Shown: positions 26,216 through 46,946 of the stretch, one piece after another
How the letters are laid out: the number at the start of each line of letters is the position of its first letter
Numbering within the stretch: position 1 is the first letter of the stretch
NCBI GenBank assembly: GCA_033442325.1
Contig: JAWQFM010000027.1
Coordinates: 129,844 to 193,843, forward strand
Reading direction: 5' to 3'
DNA: 64,000 nucleotides
DNA from: Salpingoeca rosetta
Lineage: Eukaryota; Protista; Choanoflagellata
Translations under genes and position numbers: made by a program
The notes under the pieces: model-generated
Seen by the model: the letters and a program-made list of their open reading frames with translations, nothing else
What the model was told of the DNA's origin: nothing
Database searches by the model: none

Positions 26216-26819
26216 CGTACGCAACACAACAGACCTCCTGCAGCACATCGCTCGCGGGGAAAACTTTGGAAATGTCACGGAGACCTGTGGAATGACGGTG
26301 AGCAGGTGGGGAGAGGGAGGAGGTCACACCCGAACACGACGTGTTGAGAGGGGACGGGGAGAGGGAGACAGGAACGATCGGAACAATGTGTATGAGCGAA
26401 GAGCAGCGCGGACGAGCCGCATGGACAGAGAGACGGAGGGACAGATGAACGAACAGATAGAGATCGCAAACAAAGCCAACCACACACCCACACCCACACC
26501 CACACCCACACCCACACCCACCCACCCACCCCCCCCCCACACACACACACACACACATACACACACTAGGTTGCAGCACGTGCTCACCGATGGGCCCGAG
26601 GGTGTTGCCTTCCAGGTCGACGTGTGTAAGCGGAACAGCCGAGAGGTAGCGGAAGAGAATTTCGCCTGCGTGGGAATCAAGTGAACACCGGTGCAGCCGC
26701 AGCTTGCGCAGCATCTCGTTGTGGGCCAGCTCTGATGGCGGTGGTTGAAGGGGTGATGGCGGTGAAGAAGATAACGGTGGTGAGGGCAAGGATTGCGTTT
26801 GATCAAGCTGGGGTTGAAT

Positions 26820-26879
<60 letters not shown>

Positions 26880-28048
26880 CCCCTTACCGAGTGCCAAGAG
26901 GCGCACGCCCTCTGACCCGAGCTTGATAAAGGACATGTTAATCTGGGTGATGTGTTTGTTGAAGCCAAGCCCTTCAGCGAGCGTTGCCAACCCACGCGTG
27001 TCTGCAAACTTGCAGCCAAGCATCTCAAACTTGGTGAAATCACGGCGCTGGCGCAGGTAGGTTGACAGCACAGCTGCATCTTCGTTGCGCAGCGTTAGGT
27101 TCCACAGATACAGCTCCTGCAGAAATGGATAGCCAGTCTCCAACAGCGCATTGAATAACGGCGCTAGTCTGTTGGACGTGGGGAATTCGTGCACATGCAC
27201 AATGCGTTGAGTTTAGTGTTGCGTGTGACGTACGCGTGTGCATGTGTTTCTCTGTCAAAGCTGGCAGCGCTCAAGCTTCGTACACGCTTGGATATCCACC
27301 GCCACAAACTCAAACACATGCTCATGCTTACCTCGATTGCGGGTTTTGTGTTGTGTAGAGTTCAACGCTGTCCACGACGAGATGCACAAACGGGGCACAA
27401 TCTTTGATGGTTGTCTTGACAGCCGTCTCCACAGCTGGTAATAAGAAGCACGCAACCGAAAGGTGTCGTAAGTGTGCTTCTCAATGCACCTGCCCATCAA
27501 TATGCAACGGAGCACTCACGCAGCCTCCGCCCCTGTCCCTGTCAGCATGTCTCTGTCCCTGCCTGCATGTCACACACACACTCACACCCCCACACACCCC
27601 TACACCCCCCACATGCCCACACACGCACACACGCACACACACATACCTGGTATGGCTTGTTGGCCTGCTGCAGTGAGACGCTTCTGATAACCAGCCTAGA
27701 TAACGGGCCAACCACAAGCAGCACGAGAGATGAATGGAAAAGGGAGGGGGAGTGTCCGTCATCTACCATGCCAGAACTGTCGCTTAAGCTTCACAGAGAC
27801 GACACAGCGTGCTGTCTCAAGTGTCGCACGTACCCAGAATCGCTTGGCCAGCTCTTGCATCTGCAGCTGCATGGCTGACGGCTCCTTTGATTTGGAGTCC
27901 TGCACACGTGTGTTTACATCAGACACATCAACATGAACCAGGTGCCGTGAGGGTCGTTGAAGCGTGAAGCAAATTTCCCCACCTTTGGCGCTGTATGACA
28001 CCACGGCACCACGGCACCACCACCGCCGCCGCCGCCGCCGCCACCACC

Positions 28049-28080
<32 letters not shown>

Positions 28081-28167
28081 ATCAACATGCGTGCCTGCAT
28101 GCGCATGCACACACCCACACACACACACCTTCTTGCCGCCGGACTTTTTCTTGCCTTTCTTGACCAT
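25375..28167 (-). CDS. RNI-like leucine-rich-repeat protein with Lys/Gly-rich N- and C-termini
   Basis: Multi-exon. Repeats include LQELYLWNLTL, ITQINMSFIKLGSEGVRLLA, LRKLRLHRCSL, LTHVDLEGNTLG, LSLQENGI and LKTLNLSFNTIGD. Starts MVKKGKKKSGGKK and ends KKGGKKKKGGKKKKKK*. The 5' exon phases are only partly resolved. Confidence 0.75.
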
Positions 28168-28601
28168 GGTCTTTGTTTGTTTCCTCCTTGCTTGCTTGCT
28201 TCCTTATTGATGTCCCTCCTTCCTCCCTCCTTCCTTGCCTCCCTTGTGACTCACTTCCTCCTCCTTGTTCTGGCACGGTGCCACCCTCGTGTGTGTGTTT
28301 GATGGCGGCTGCCTTGTTTGTGTTTGGTCGTGGTGGTGCGCCAGGCGAAAATTTCGGCTCGTCGTCAGCGCCAATTGTTAATATCTTCCACTATTCTTCC
28401 GTAACCGCCGCGCACGTTTGGGCAAACAAGCACAGGAGGAAGGAAGGTGGAGGTTGTGGTGTGGTGTGGTGTGTGGTGGTGCATTCAAACCCTTTGCGTC
28501 TCTTCGTCTGTTTTCTCTCTTTCCATTGGGGCTGCCTTGAGTCCTTTGACACAGGCTAGCAAGCAAGCAGGAAAGCTGCGACTGCTGCAGCGACGAGAGA
28601 G

Positions 28602-29548
28602 ATGGCGCTGGCAGACCATGATATTGTGCGGGTGAGCGGGGAGTATGAGCCTGCGAGCGTGCGAACGCTGGTGTTGGACAACATGGAGCTGATCAGCGTG
28701 GCAGCCTTGTCCAAGTGCACGCGCTTAACAACGCTCTCGCTCGCCGGGAACATGCTGCACGACTTGCGAGCCTTGAGCAACCTGACGGAACTGACCAGTA
28801 TCGACGCCACAAACAACCGCATCTCGTCCCTCAAGGACATTCGTTCCCTCAGCAAGCTCACCACGCTCCGCGTCGCCGGCAACCCGCTCCCGACCGACTT
28901 TTCCGCTCTCCTCAACGACATCAGGAGCCTCCACAGTCTCGTCCGCCTCGATATTGCCACCAAAGACCTCCCATACGAAGGTGTGTGAACTTGTGTGTGG
29001 ATAACACACGCTTCTGGTGTTGCAGGCTCGCCTCTTGAATGTGCATGTGCGTGACCGTGTTTGTGGTTGAAACTGGATTGTTGTGTTTAACTTTCTTTGT
29101 TTCCGTACTTGAACGGTTGTATGTATGTATGTGTGTGTGTTTGTGCATGTGTGTATGTGCATGTGCGTGTGTGTGTGTACATGTGTGTGTGTGTGTGTGT
29201 GCATGAACTCGTGCGTTTGGCATGTGGTGCAATAGGCCATGCCGTTTTTCACATACTTGTTCTTCATTGTCATTCTCAACAACCACTCGCTGGCATTGGT
29301 GTGGTTGATTGGAATGACACCAGGCACCATCGACCTTGAGCTATTGCGGTCACAGCTGCCAACCCTCAGAGTCTTCAATGGTAAGCAGTTGATGAGCGGT
29401 TGCTCGTGCTGCATGGAGGTGGCCGAGAGCGTGTGTTGCTTTGTGTTGACTGACACGTGCGACACCTTGATCATGGACGTTCAGGGCAACGACTGGAGTT
29501 TACAGAACTGCTGGAGCCACGAGAACAACTGCGTGTGTGTGTGTGTTG

Positions 29549-29610
<62 letters not shown>

Positions 29611-30142
29611 TGCGTGCGTGTGATGTATGCGTGCGTCTGCACGTAAGAGTACGTGTGCGCACGCTTGCGCATGTGTATGCATTTGACCCACATTCCAGCT
29701 GACATCCTGTCGTGCTGTGTGGCTGCCCACCCTGCTGCCCACCCCCTGCTACCCAACCAGTGCTGATTACGGACACTGAATTGACGAAGATGGAGCTGCC
29801 TCGCATCATGGATGGCGAGAAGTGGAAGCAGCAGGACACGGAGTTTTCTGGTTCGTGCCTGCTCACAACGAAGACTTACACTGCTGTTGCGGTGTTGAAT
29901 TGATGCGAATCAACCCCCATCATCGCCTACACTCACCCCTCAACGGTCTTTGCCTCCATGTATTCACACGATTTCTTGCTGGTACCATGATCATCATCAT
30001 CATCATTACCAACACGGGCGTGACAGATTGCCTGCAGGCATGTGCGGACTTTTCCGAGTCCATACGTGCGGAGCTGGCAACAGATGAACTGCTTGAAGAG
30101 AAAACCAAATCAACAGACGCAACAACACCAGCAGCCGACTGA
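28602..30142 (+). CDS. LRRC61: SDS22-type LRR protein, LRRC61-like
   Basis: SGEYEPASVRTLVL..LSKCTRLTTLSLAGNML..L..LTEL...NNRISSL..L..LRVAGNPL, plus LRSQLPTLRVFNG (LRR cap), match the LRRC61 layout as I recall it. Multi-exon, stop at 30142. Confidence 0.65.
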
Positions 30143-30388
30143 CACTTGCGATGTTGATGTGTGTGTGTGTGTTAGAGATTGATTACTCGATTGTGTATGA
30201 GTGAGGTGATAACGAATGCGCACAGCACGTTTGGTGCGTGCGTGCTCTTGCAGTTGCTGTTGCGACGAGCGAACGACCAATAAGAGACTCTTGAGATTGC
30301 TTTATTTTACTCGCATGAAGAACCATCAACATACAGAAATGTGTGTGTGTGTGTGTGTGTGTGAGTGAGTGTATGTGTGTGACTGAAA

Positions 30389-30693
30389 TCAGTCGTGTTG
30401 TCGTCCCGCCTGCATCCGCCACACCATCTCGTAGGGATCTGTTCATGGCATTGAGATGCATCGAGATGAGCGGTCTGTGCCAGGGCAAAGTGGATGTGTA
30501 CGACACACATAAACACACACACGCATACAAACACACACACGCACACTCCTCTCCCAGTCCCTTGCGTACATGGCACGTCGAGCTTTGAGAGGCGGGTGAG
30601 GGTGTCCATGTCCTGCGGAGAAATGGTCCAGTTGTCCATGCCGGCCTGGCAGTTCTCAACCAGCTGATCCACAGTGCGCGCACCAATCACAAC

Positions 30694-30739
<46 letters not shown>

Positions 30740-32337
30740 GTGTGTGTGTGTACAATTGATGTGCGCTCTGAACACTTTCCAACAATCCTCACGTGCCATC
30801 ATCATCACCAGGCCGTCACCACCACCACCACCACCGCTGGGCAGACCTGTGCCAACGGCCGACTGCTGCAAGAGCCATTTGAGAGCAACTTGTGCTGTCG
30901 TTCGTCCGCACTCCTTTGCCACGCCGTCCAGCGCAGCAAGCAGCGGCCACACCTGTAGCGTGTGCGTGTGGGCGTGTTGAGTTGGTTGAGAATGGGTGAT
31001 GAAGCAAGCAGTAACTTCTTCGATGAACGTTTGCAACACAACACAACACAGCGCAACACAACACAGCACAACACACACACACACACACCAACACAACACA
31101 ACACAGCGCAACACAACACAGCACAACACACACACCAACCACAACGCCATCCCCGCCTCCCATGTGTACTACGCACGAATGCCTGGTCCTTGAAGGTGGA
31201 CAGGCCCGGATGGGACTGCAACTTCGACCCGTGGCTCTCCGCCCACGCAACGCGCGACCCCTAATGTTGGGACACGACGACATGGCATTGTGTGGTGTTA
31301 GTGTGGTGTATGCGTGTGTGTGTATGTGTGTGTACGTGTGTGCATCAGTGGCATGAACCTATGTGCAGGATGCAAATTGGACCACGCAGACATGACACAG
31401 ACACAAAGACACACACAGACGCACACACATACACACACAAATAGGCACACACGTACACACACAGAACCCCCCCCCCCACATATGCACACACGCACTGCTG
31501 GTGCTGGTGCGTTGCGCTTGATTTTGCCCGTCAGCCAGCCGCCCTGGAGTGAAGAAGATGCAAGGATGGCACGTGACCAAGTGGTGAGCTGACATGTAGT
31601 CGTGTAGAAGATTCAGGGGATTTGTGCTCCAGATACACACACAACATGCACGGGTTTCATGCTTTCCTCATAATGCCACCATCAGTCACACACTCTGACA
31701 CACACATGCATCACCATTACCGCCACCGCTGCCATCACCATCCTCACCTTGAGCGGTGACCAGGGCATGAGGCACAGCCCCTCCCGCTGGCACACTGGCT
31801 GCAGCTCCCACTCCGTCCAGCGACACAGCAAGCTGTACTGCGCCTGCACGCAGCACGGTGTTTGTGTTTGACGGGTGTTCGAGTGTCAATGCACAAGATG
31901 GAACCACACACGCCTATTCGCAGCAGCAGCAGCCTCAGCCATTCCACTATCACCATCATCACCACCATCAACACTACCAACACAACCAACAGCAATCATC
32001 ATCACCNNNNNNNNNNNNNNNNNNNNNNNNNNNNNNNNNNNNNNNNNNNNNNNNNNNNNNNNNNNNNNNNNNNNNNNNNNNNNNNNNNNNNNNNNNNNNN
32101 NNNNNNTCTAAATTTTTTTACAGTGTCCCCCCGTTTCGTAGTTACACTCAAGTGTTGTGCCTTCCTACCACACTCAAAAAAAAACATGTTCTCATTCATT
32201 TACAAATGTATCTCCGTTAATTTTTTTCAAGAAGCAGCGTGTGAGTGTGAAGAACGGAGGGAGAGAGAGAGAGAGAGAGAAAAAGCAATCTCCAGACATG
32301 CCGCCCGGCAGACAGGCAGAGAGACATAAAGAGATAC

Positions 32338-32409
<72 letters not shown>

Positions 32410-33712
32410 CACAACCCAGAATCTCAACGCATGCACGCACGCACACACACACACACACACACATACATACATACACACACGCACACAAAATATCCCCCCC
32501 CTCACACACAGCTGACCTTGCCCTGTCGAATGAGATCATGGATTGTCATGAGCGTTTCCTCAATTGGCGTGCCATCATCCCAGCTGCATGTGCATGTGTG
32601 GATTGTGTTCGTGTGTCTGTGAGTGCGTGCAAAAGCGTATTTGTATGCGTGCACCTACACGCGGGTACACGACGTACAGGGGTTGCAACCCACCAGTGCA
32701 TCTGATACAAGTCGACGTAGTCTGTCTGCAGTCGCTTCAGGCTGGCGGCGATGCTGTTGACCACGGTGCAGGTTCAAACAGGGCGCAGGGCGCAGGGCGC
32801 AGGGCGCAGGGCGCAGGGCGCAGGGCGCAGGGCGCAGGGCGCAGGGCAGGGATTGCAGCATTTACTCTGATTTGCACATGGTTATGACCTGATCCCTTCA
32901 AAGAAGCAAGCGCACACAGCACTCCACCATTTGGCTCTTCCACGCTGACACACACACACACACACATGTGCAAACCTGCGAAGGATGTGCTTGCGGCTGA
33001 GGCCGACGCCGTTGATGTCCTTGTCGCCGCTCCCAAAGCGAACCTTTGTGGCAATCACTAGGTGTGCAACAAGGCAGCGTGTGAGCGATGGGGTGAGCAA
33101 AGCGAGCGAGCACGCTAGCGACTGAGCAAGCAAGCAAGCAAACAAGCGTACAGTAGTGCGCATGCGATCACCATCCCCTTTGCTTACCAAGGGATTCTCT
33201 GTTGTCTCGCTCCTTCATCCACTCGCCCAGGATGGTCTCTGTCCTGAAGGCACAACGGATAGGAAGGGTGAGTGTGGGATGAGCAGATGACATCGCTCGA
33301 TGAGCGCACACGCACGCATGCACGTGCGCACGCGCTCTAGACTCTCACACACACACATACGCACACACGTATGCACACGCACACACACTCACACACACAC
33401 ACATACGCACACACGCGCGTGCGCAAGACTCACTCTCCGCCAGAGTACACGTCTGCTGTGTCGATGAAGTTTCCGCCCAATTCAACAAACTTGTCCAGGA
33501 TGTCAAAGGACTCCTGCTTCGTGCACTGCTGCAAGCCTACAAGCGGCCAGAGAGGCAGTTAAGGAGGAGGAGGAGGGGGGGGGGAGGAGAAGAGGATGAT
33601 CGGCCAGGGATTCAAGCAAGTAGGCGACAGTCAATCGCACTGTCAGTGAGTGAGGTGATTCAAGCAATACGACAGTGAGTTCGCGTTGGCTCATTCAAGC
33701 AACCACACTGCG

Positions 33713-33774
<62 letters not shown>

Positions 33775-33855
33775 GAGGGATTTGCCAAACGTCATTGTGC
33801 CCAGGCAGATGCGTGACACACGCAGCCCGCTGCTGCCCAAGAACGTTGTTTCCAT
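30389..33855 (-). CDS. Aldo-keto reductase (Tas/YajO/aryl-alcohol dehydrogenase-like); one exon probably lies in the N gap
   Basis: [90 protein letters not shown] and a C-terminus [17 protein letters not shown]. The catalytic D/Y/K/H tetrad is present. Confidence 0.88.
32007..32106. other. Assembly gap (100 N)
   Basis: Run of N inside the AKR gene. Confidence 1.
32780..32850. repeat. (AGGGCGC)n heptamer repeat in AKR intron
   Basis: About 9-10 copies by inspection. Confidence 0.95.
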
Positions 33856-34559
33856 CGTTGGCGTGCGAGGTAGTGGGTGTTGAGATGGTGATGGCAAGAA
33901 ACAGGCAGTGCAAGAAGAGTGCTTGACGCAAGTCATGTGGTTGTCCTCCGCTTTGCTAATTGCACACACCTTGGTGGGTCGCAATTTGCAACGCATACAC
34001 GTGTACACCAGGTGTTGGTATCCACCGAAAATTTCTTCTGGGCGCTTCTCTCGTTGCGTTCGTGATTGCGGGGCGGTCGCAAACACCACAAAAAGGTGTT
34101 CTTGCACTCGCTTCTCGCACAAAGCACATGTGCGTGGCTTGAAAGACGAAGCAACCTCCTCCTTCTACCTTTTTTTCCACCTTTCTTTCATCTTGCTTGC
34201 TTCTTGCCCGCTTGGCCACGCGCTCACATATCCATCATCACTGGTGCGTGCTTGCGTGTCTGCCTTCTTGCCCTGCCTCTCTGTATGCATGTGTGAGTGT
34301 GTGTGAGTGTGTGGCGCGTGCGTGTTGGGTGGGGTTGTTGCACTCACTTTCCCTGCCTCGTCATTGTTGTAGTCAAAGGTCTGCGCGGCTCCTTGCTGTG
34401 TGCCGTGTGTGTGTGTGTGTGCCATCCAGCCAGCAAGTCGCTGTTGTCGCTCACCGTCATCATCATCATCAATGCCATCACCATCGTCGTCAACGTGTGT
34501 TTGCCTGTTATCCGTGCACAGTGTCTTTAGAGAGCACAAGTTAGAGCACACAAGCAGCC

Positions 34560-38431
<3,872 letters not shown>

Positions 38432-39054
38432 GCTCACCCCCCCCCCCTGGTTCCAACCTCAACTCCAAACTCCAAAATCCAATCCAATCCAACTCCAATC
38501 AACCATCTGTCCATCTTTGGTGCAGAGTGATGTGTGTATCGTGCCTCGTGTGTCGCACCAAAGGCACGCTTCTGCTGTTGTGCTATATTGCCCGAGTGTT
38601 TCGTGTGTTCGTGTGTGCACGTTATGTGTAAATCTCTCTCTCTCTCTCCAACCCCAACAACACCAAAAACAAGTCGAGTCTGTTCGTTTCACAATGCAGC
38701 AGCTTGCACTGGTTCTCCCCTTTCCCACCACCACAACATGGTTTTTCTTCTTCCAATCTTCCACCTTTGGTGTTTGTATCCAAATGAACCGACACTAATG
38801 ACATGAGACGAGCAGACGGCACACCTCAATCACTGCTCTACTAGGCTGCACAACAACAACAACAACATCAACACATGGGCACTACACACGTGTGGAATTG
38901 AATGGCACGGGACACGCAAGGCTGGCTGTTTGATTGATTAGCGTGTGTGTCGTGGCAACAGCGTGGAAGACAAGTGACACCGCACACACACACACACACA
39001 CATGTATGTGATGCCACTCGACACACGACCGTGTTACACACCACCAATGCCGTG

Positions 39055-41452
39055 TCACACTGTGAGCTGTTGCATGTGTTCCCGCAGCGCGTGCACGGGC
39101 TGGTGCGAGTCCATCGTGTCGGTTGTCTTCATCGTGGTGGCGGCAGGAGGTGAGTGGCTGTTACTGTCTTCTTCACCATGTAGGTATCGAACGTACGCTG
39201 TGAGCGACAACGATGACACTTGCTTCTGCTGATGTAGTTGTGGTATGGACACACGCACGCCTCGCTGGCGGCCCCGCGGTGTTGTGCGCGATGTAAGGCC
39301 ATGGAACTGGCACACGCCATGCAGAATCATGCGTTGGTACGCATCAGCACCCAAGATGAAGGCTGTGTCGCCACCACGCTCGGCATACAGGGACACGTGT
39401 TGTGGCAGCGGCACGCACGCGGGCTGCCGCACCACCGCAAGCACAAACTCCTCCAGCTCAGCAACAGCAGCCTGGAATGGTGCGCACGTGTGCGTGGTTG
39501 TTTGTGTTTGTTTGAGTTTGTGTTTGTTTTGAGTCTGTGTTTGTTCGTTTGTTGTTGGCAGACAGCCAAACAGGGCCAAACGAAGCGGAAAAATGTCGCA
39601 CACAACACAACCACGCACAGCACAAGATACCACAACCAAGCACAGGGCCACACAACAGCGGTCAGCACAACGCAGCCTCACTGATGGCTGCCTGTTGTTC
39701 TTGATGGCGAGGCGGATGCGTCGGTCGACTTTCAGATATCGCTGCTCGTTGTGGCGGTGCACGGCCGGCACACACGACCTGGCAGTGATAGATGGATGGA
39801 TGGATGAAGTGTAGAGATCAGCGAGTGAGCGAGTGAGTGAGTGAGCGAGTGAGTGAGTGAGTGAGTGAGTGAGTGAGTGAGTGAGTGAGTGAGTGAGTGA
39901 GTGAGTGAGTGAGTGAGTGAGTGAGTGAGTGAGTGAGTGAGTGAGTGAGCGTGAATGCGCGTTGAATGGGAGTTGTGTGGTGGGGTTCAGACAGGCACAG
40001 ACGCAGTCATGTATCTTCAACACAACAGCAACACCAACAACGACAGCATCTGCAGCAGGATGTGGAGCAAGTTTGCCTGCATGCACCCATCACTGTTGTG
40101 ACTCACTTGTTGGTGCGACGCCGGCTGCGTGGGTTCGTGAGCACTTTGCTCTGTGTCTGGCTCGGCAGTGAATTGAATGCGTCCCATTGCTAGCGTAAAA
40201 ATGGTGGCGGAAGGGGTGAGGTTGTGAGAGTGACGCACATCCGTCAGATGGTCATGATGGTCATGATCGTCATGATGGTCATGATAGTCATGGTGCACGG
40301 CGACACAGGCACAGACACAGTCACACACACCCCACAGACACGCAGAAACACACACATACACATACACACAAACCTTGAGGTCTTCCGATGAGCCGAGCAG
40401 CTGCGTGAAGGCGGTTGGCTTGTGCTCGGGCCTTGGTCCCGTCATAAACGCATATGGATCGACCTCCTCACCAAACTCGTCCCCGTCATCGTTGCCAACG
40501 TCACCACCACCCCGACCACGCTGCTGTGCACGGCTCTGCTGTGCTGCCAGTCGGCGTGCAATCCGATGAAGGTTGCGGTCTGTAAGAAGCGGGAGGGGGG
40601 ACAGCGGTGGCAAGGCGACCATGGATTGTGGCGGTGCACACGATAATGGCGTGTGAAGTGTGTGGGCCCAGAGTTGGATGGTAGCATCAAGAATGCCCCC
40701 CCCCCGTTCATGTTACACACGCATAACAAGACGGGCCAGGAAGCTCGGGTTGCGAGAGCAGCCACAGCAACCACAGCACCCACCACAGCATCCACGACCA
40801 GCAATGACAGCATCCACCACAACAACCACAGCAATCACAGCAACCATCAGCACCACCACCAGCACCACAGCAACCACGGCAACCCTGAGCATCATGGGTA
40901 CCGTTGCGGTCGCGCTGGCCACGACGACGGCCAGGGGTATGGCGGGCGGATGCAGGGGATGGGACACGGAAACGACCAAACCGCGAGCCAACACGCGGTG
41001 CTGTATCGCTGCTGCCACCATCTCCACGTGCACGGTGGCGATACCGGGACCGGCTGTGAGGCTGGCGAGCACCACCGTTCACGGATGCGTCGGCCGCTTG
41101 CACCCCTCGCTGCTGTGCTTGCTGCAGCTGCTGGTTGTTGGGCTGCTCGCTACCCTCATCGGCAAGGGCCACACTGCCAGGAAGGTGACGGAGGGGGGGG
41201 GGGAGGGGAAGGAAGCTGGTTGTGTTACAATGCGATTGACGGTTGCGAGATGGCACCAAGGGGGTTCAACTGTTCGGTGTGACAATTTGACTGTGCGACA
41301 AGAGATGCGCCGCCCACACGTCACAAACGAAGCGCACAAGCGCAGCTGGGCCATTTCATGCAATGCATTCGGGCTCACTTGAGCAAAGCGATGGTGAGCT
41401 GCTCTTCTGCATCCACTTGGGTCTCGTAGAACTCACGGTCGTGCACCACCAT
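39055..41452 (-). CDS. R3HDM4: R3H domain protein (R3HDM4-like, R3H-associated N-terminal domain)
   Basis: PGRRRGQRDRN|DRNL (R3H-associated motif), EQRYLKVDRRIR, and the R3H core AYQRMILHGVCQFHGLTSRT. First exon MVVHDREFYETQ starts at 41452. Confidence 0.75.
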
Positions 41453-41621
41453 GGTGAGTGTTTGGACAGTCCAAAAGTAAACGATGCGTGCGTGCAAGGA
41501 AGTCGCTCGTGTGACAAGCGGGTGGTTGTCGTTGCTGCTGCTGCTGTCGTTGGGGTCGTTGGGGGCCGGTTGGACCGTAACTTGACAGCTGTGACAGTTG
41601 GTGAGGCACAAGGGTGTGGAA

Positions 41622-46141
<4,520 letters not shown>

Positions 46142-46377
46142 GCACGTGATGATTGATGATGATGTTGATAAAGGGTGGTGGTGATGATGGTGGGGGCTGA
46201 TGGTGATGCTGGTGGAGGCTGATGGTGATGCTCAATGGCGTGTTGTGTTTGTTACATTAGAATCAGAGAGTGACACGAACGCAGTGCGCATCCGGATTGC
46301 GCTTATGCTTTTCATCCTGTTGCGTTTTCCATTTTGGGCCCAAGGCACATATGTGTTCTGTTTGTGCTTTCTGTGTG

Positions 46378-46429
<52 letters not shown>

Positions 46430-46946
46430 GTGTGTGTGTGTGTTGAGTGTGTGAGTGTGCATAGCCGCATAAATGACTTGCCAGAGACGCTGTCTTGTCA
46501 CAGCGTTTTGACACGTGTCGTGCGTCATGTTGGCTGAACTGTGTTGTGTGTCCACCCCGCATCACTTACATCACACTGACTGTACATCGAACATCACAAC
46601 TCCCACAACAATAGCTAACAGGCTCACTTGCTCCGGTCGTGGTGCTGTTTACATGCTGCGACAGATGCGCCAACATAGACGATGGGGCAACGAAAAGAGG
46701 AGACGTGATATGATGACAATGGGCTCACAGCACACTCAAAGGGCGTGTCAACTTATCATTCAACCCATCTACCAATCAAGCAACCGTCCATCCATGCAGT
46801 CAACTCAGCAAGCATTAAGCAGGCAGCGTTGCACCAGTCACAAAGCAGCCACTCCAATCACTCGCAAGTGCTCCGATGTGTGGACGACGTACGACATGCA
46901 GCAACACGACAACACGCACGTTACACTCAATCTTCATCTCTTAAGA

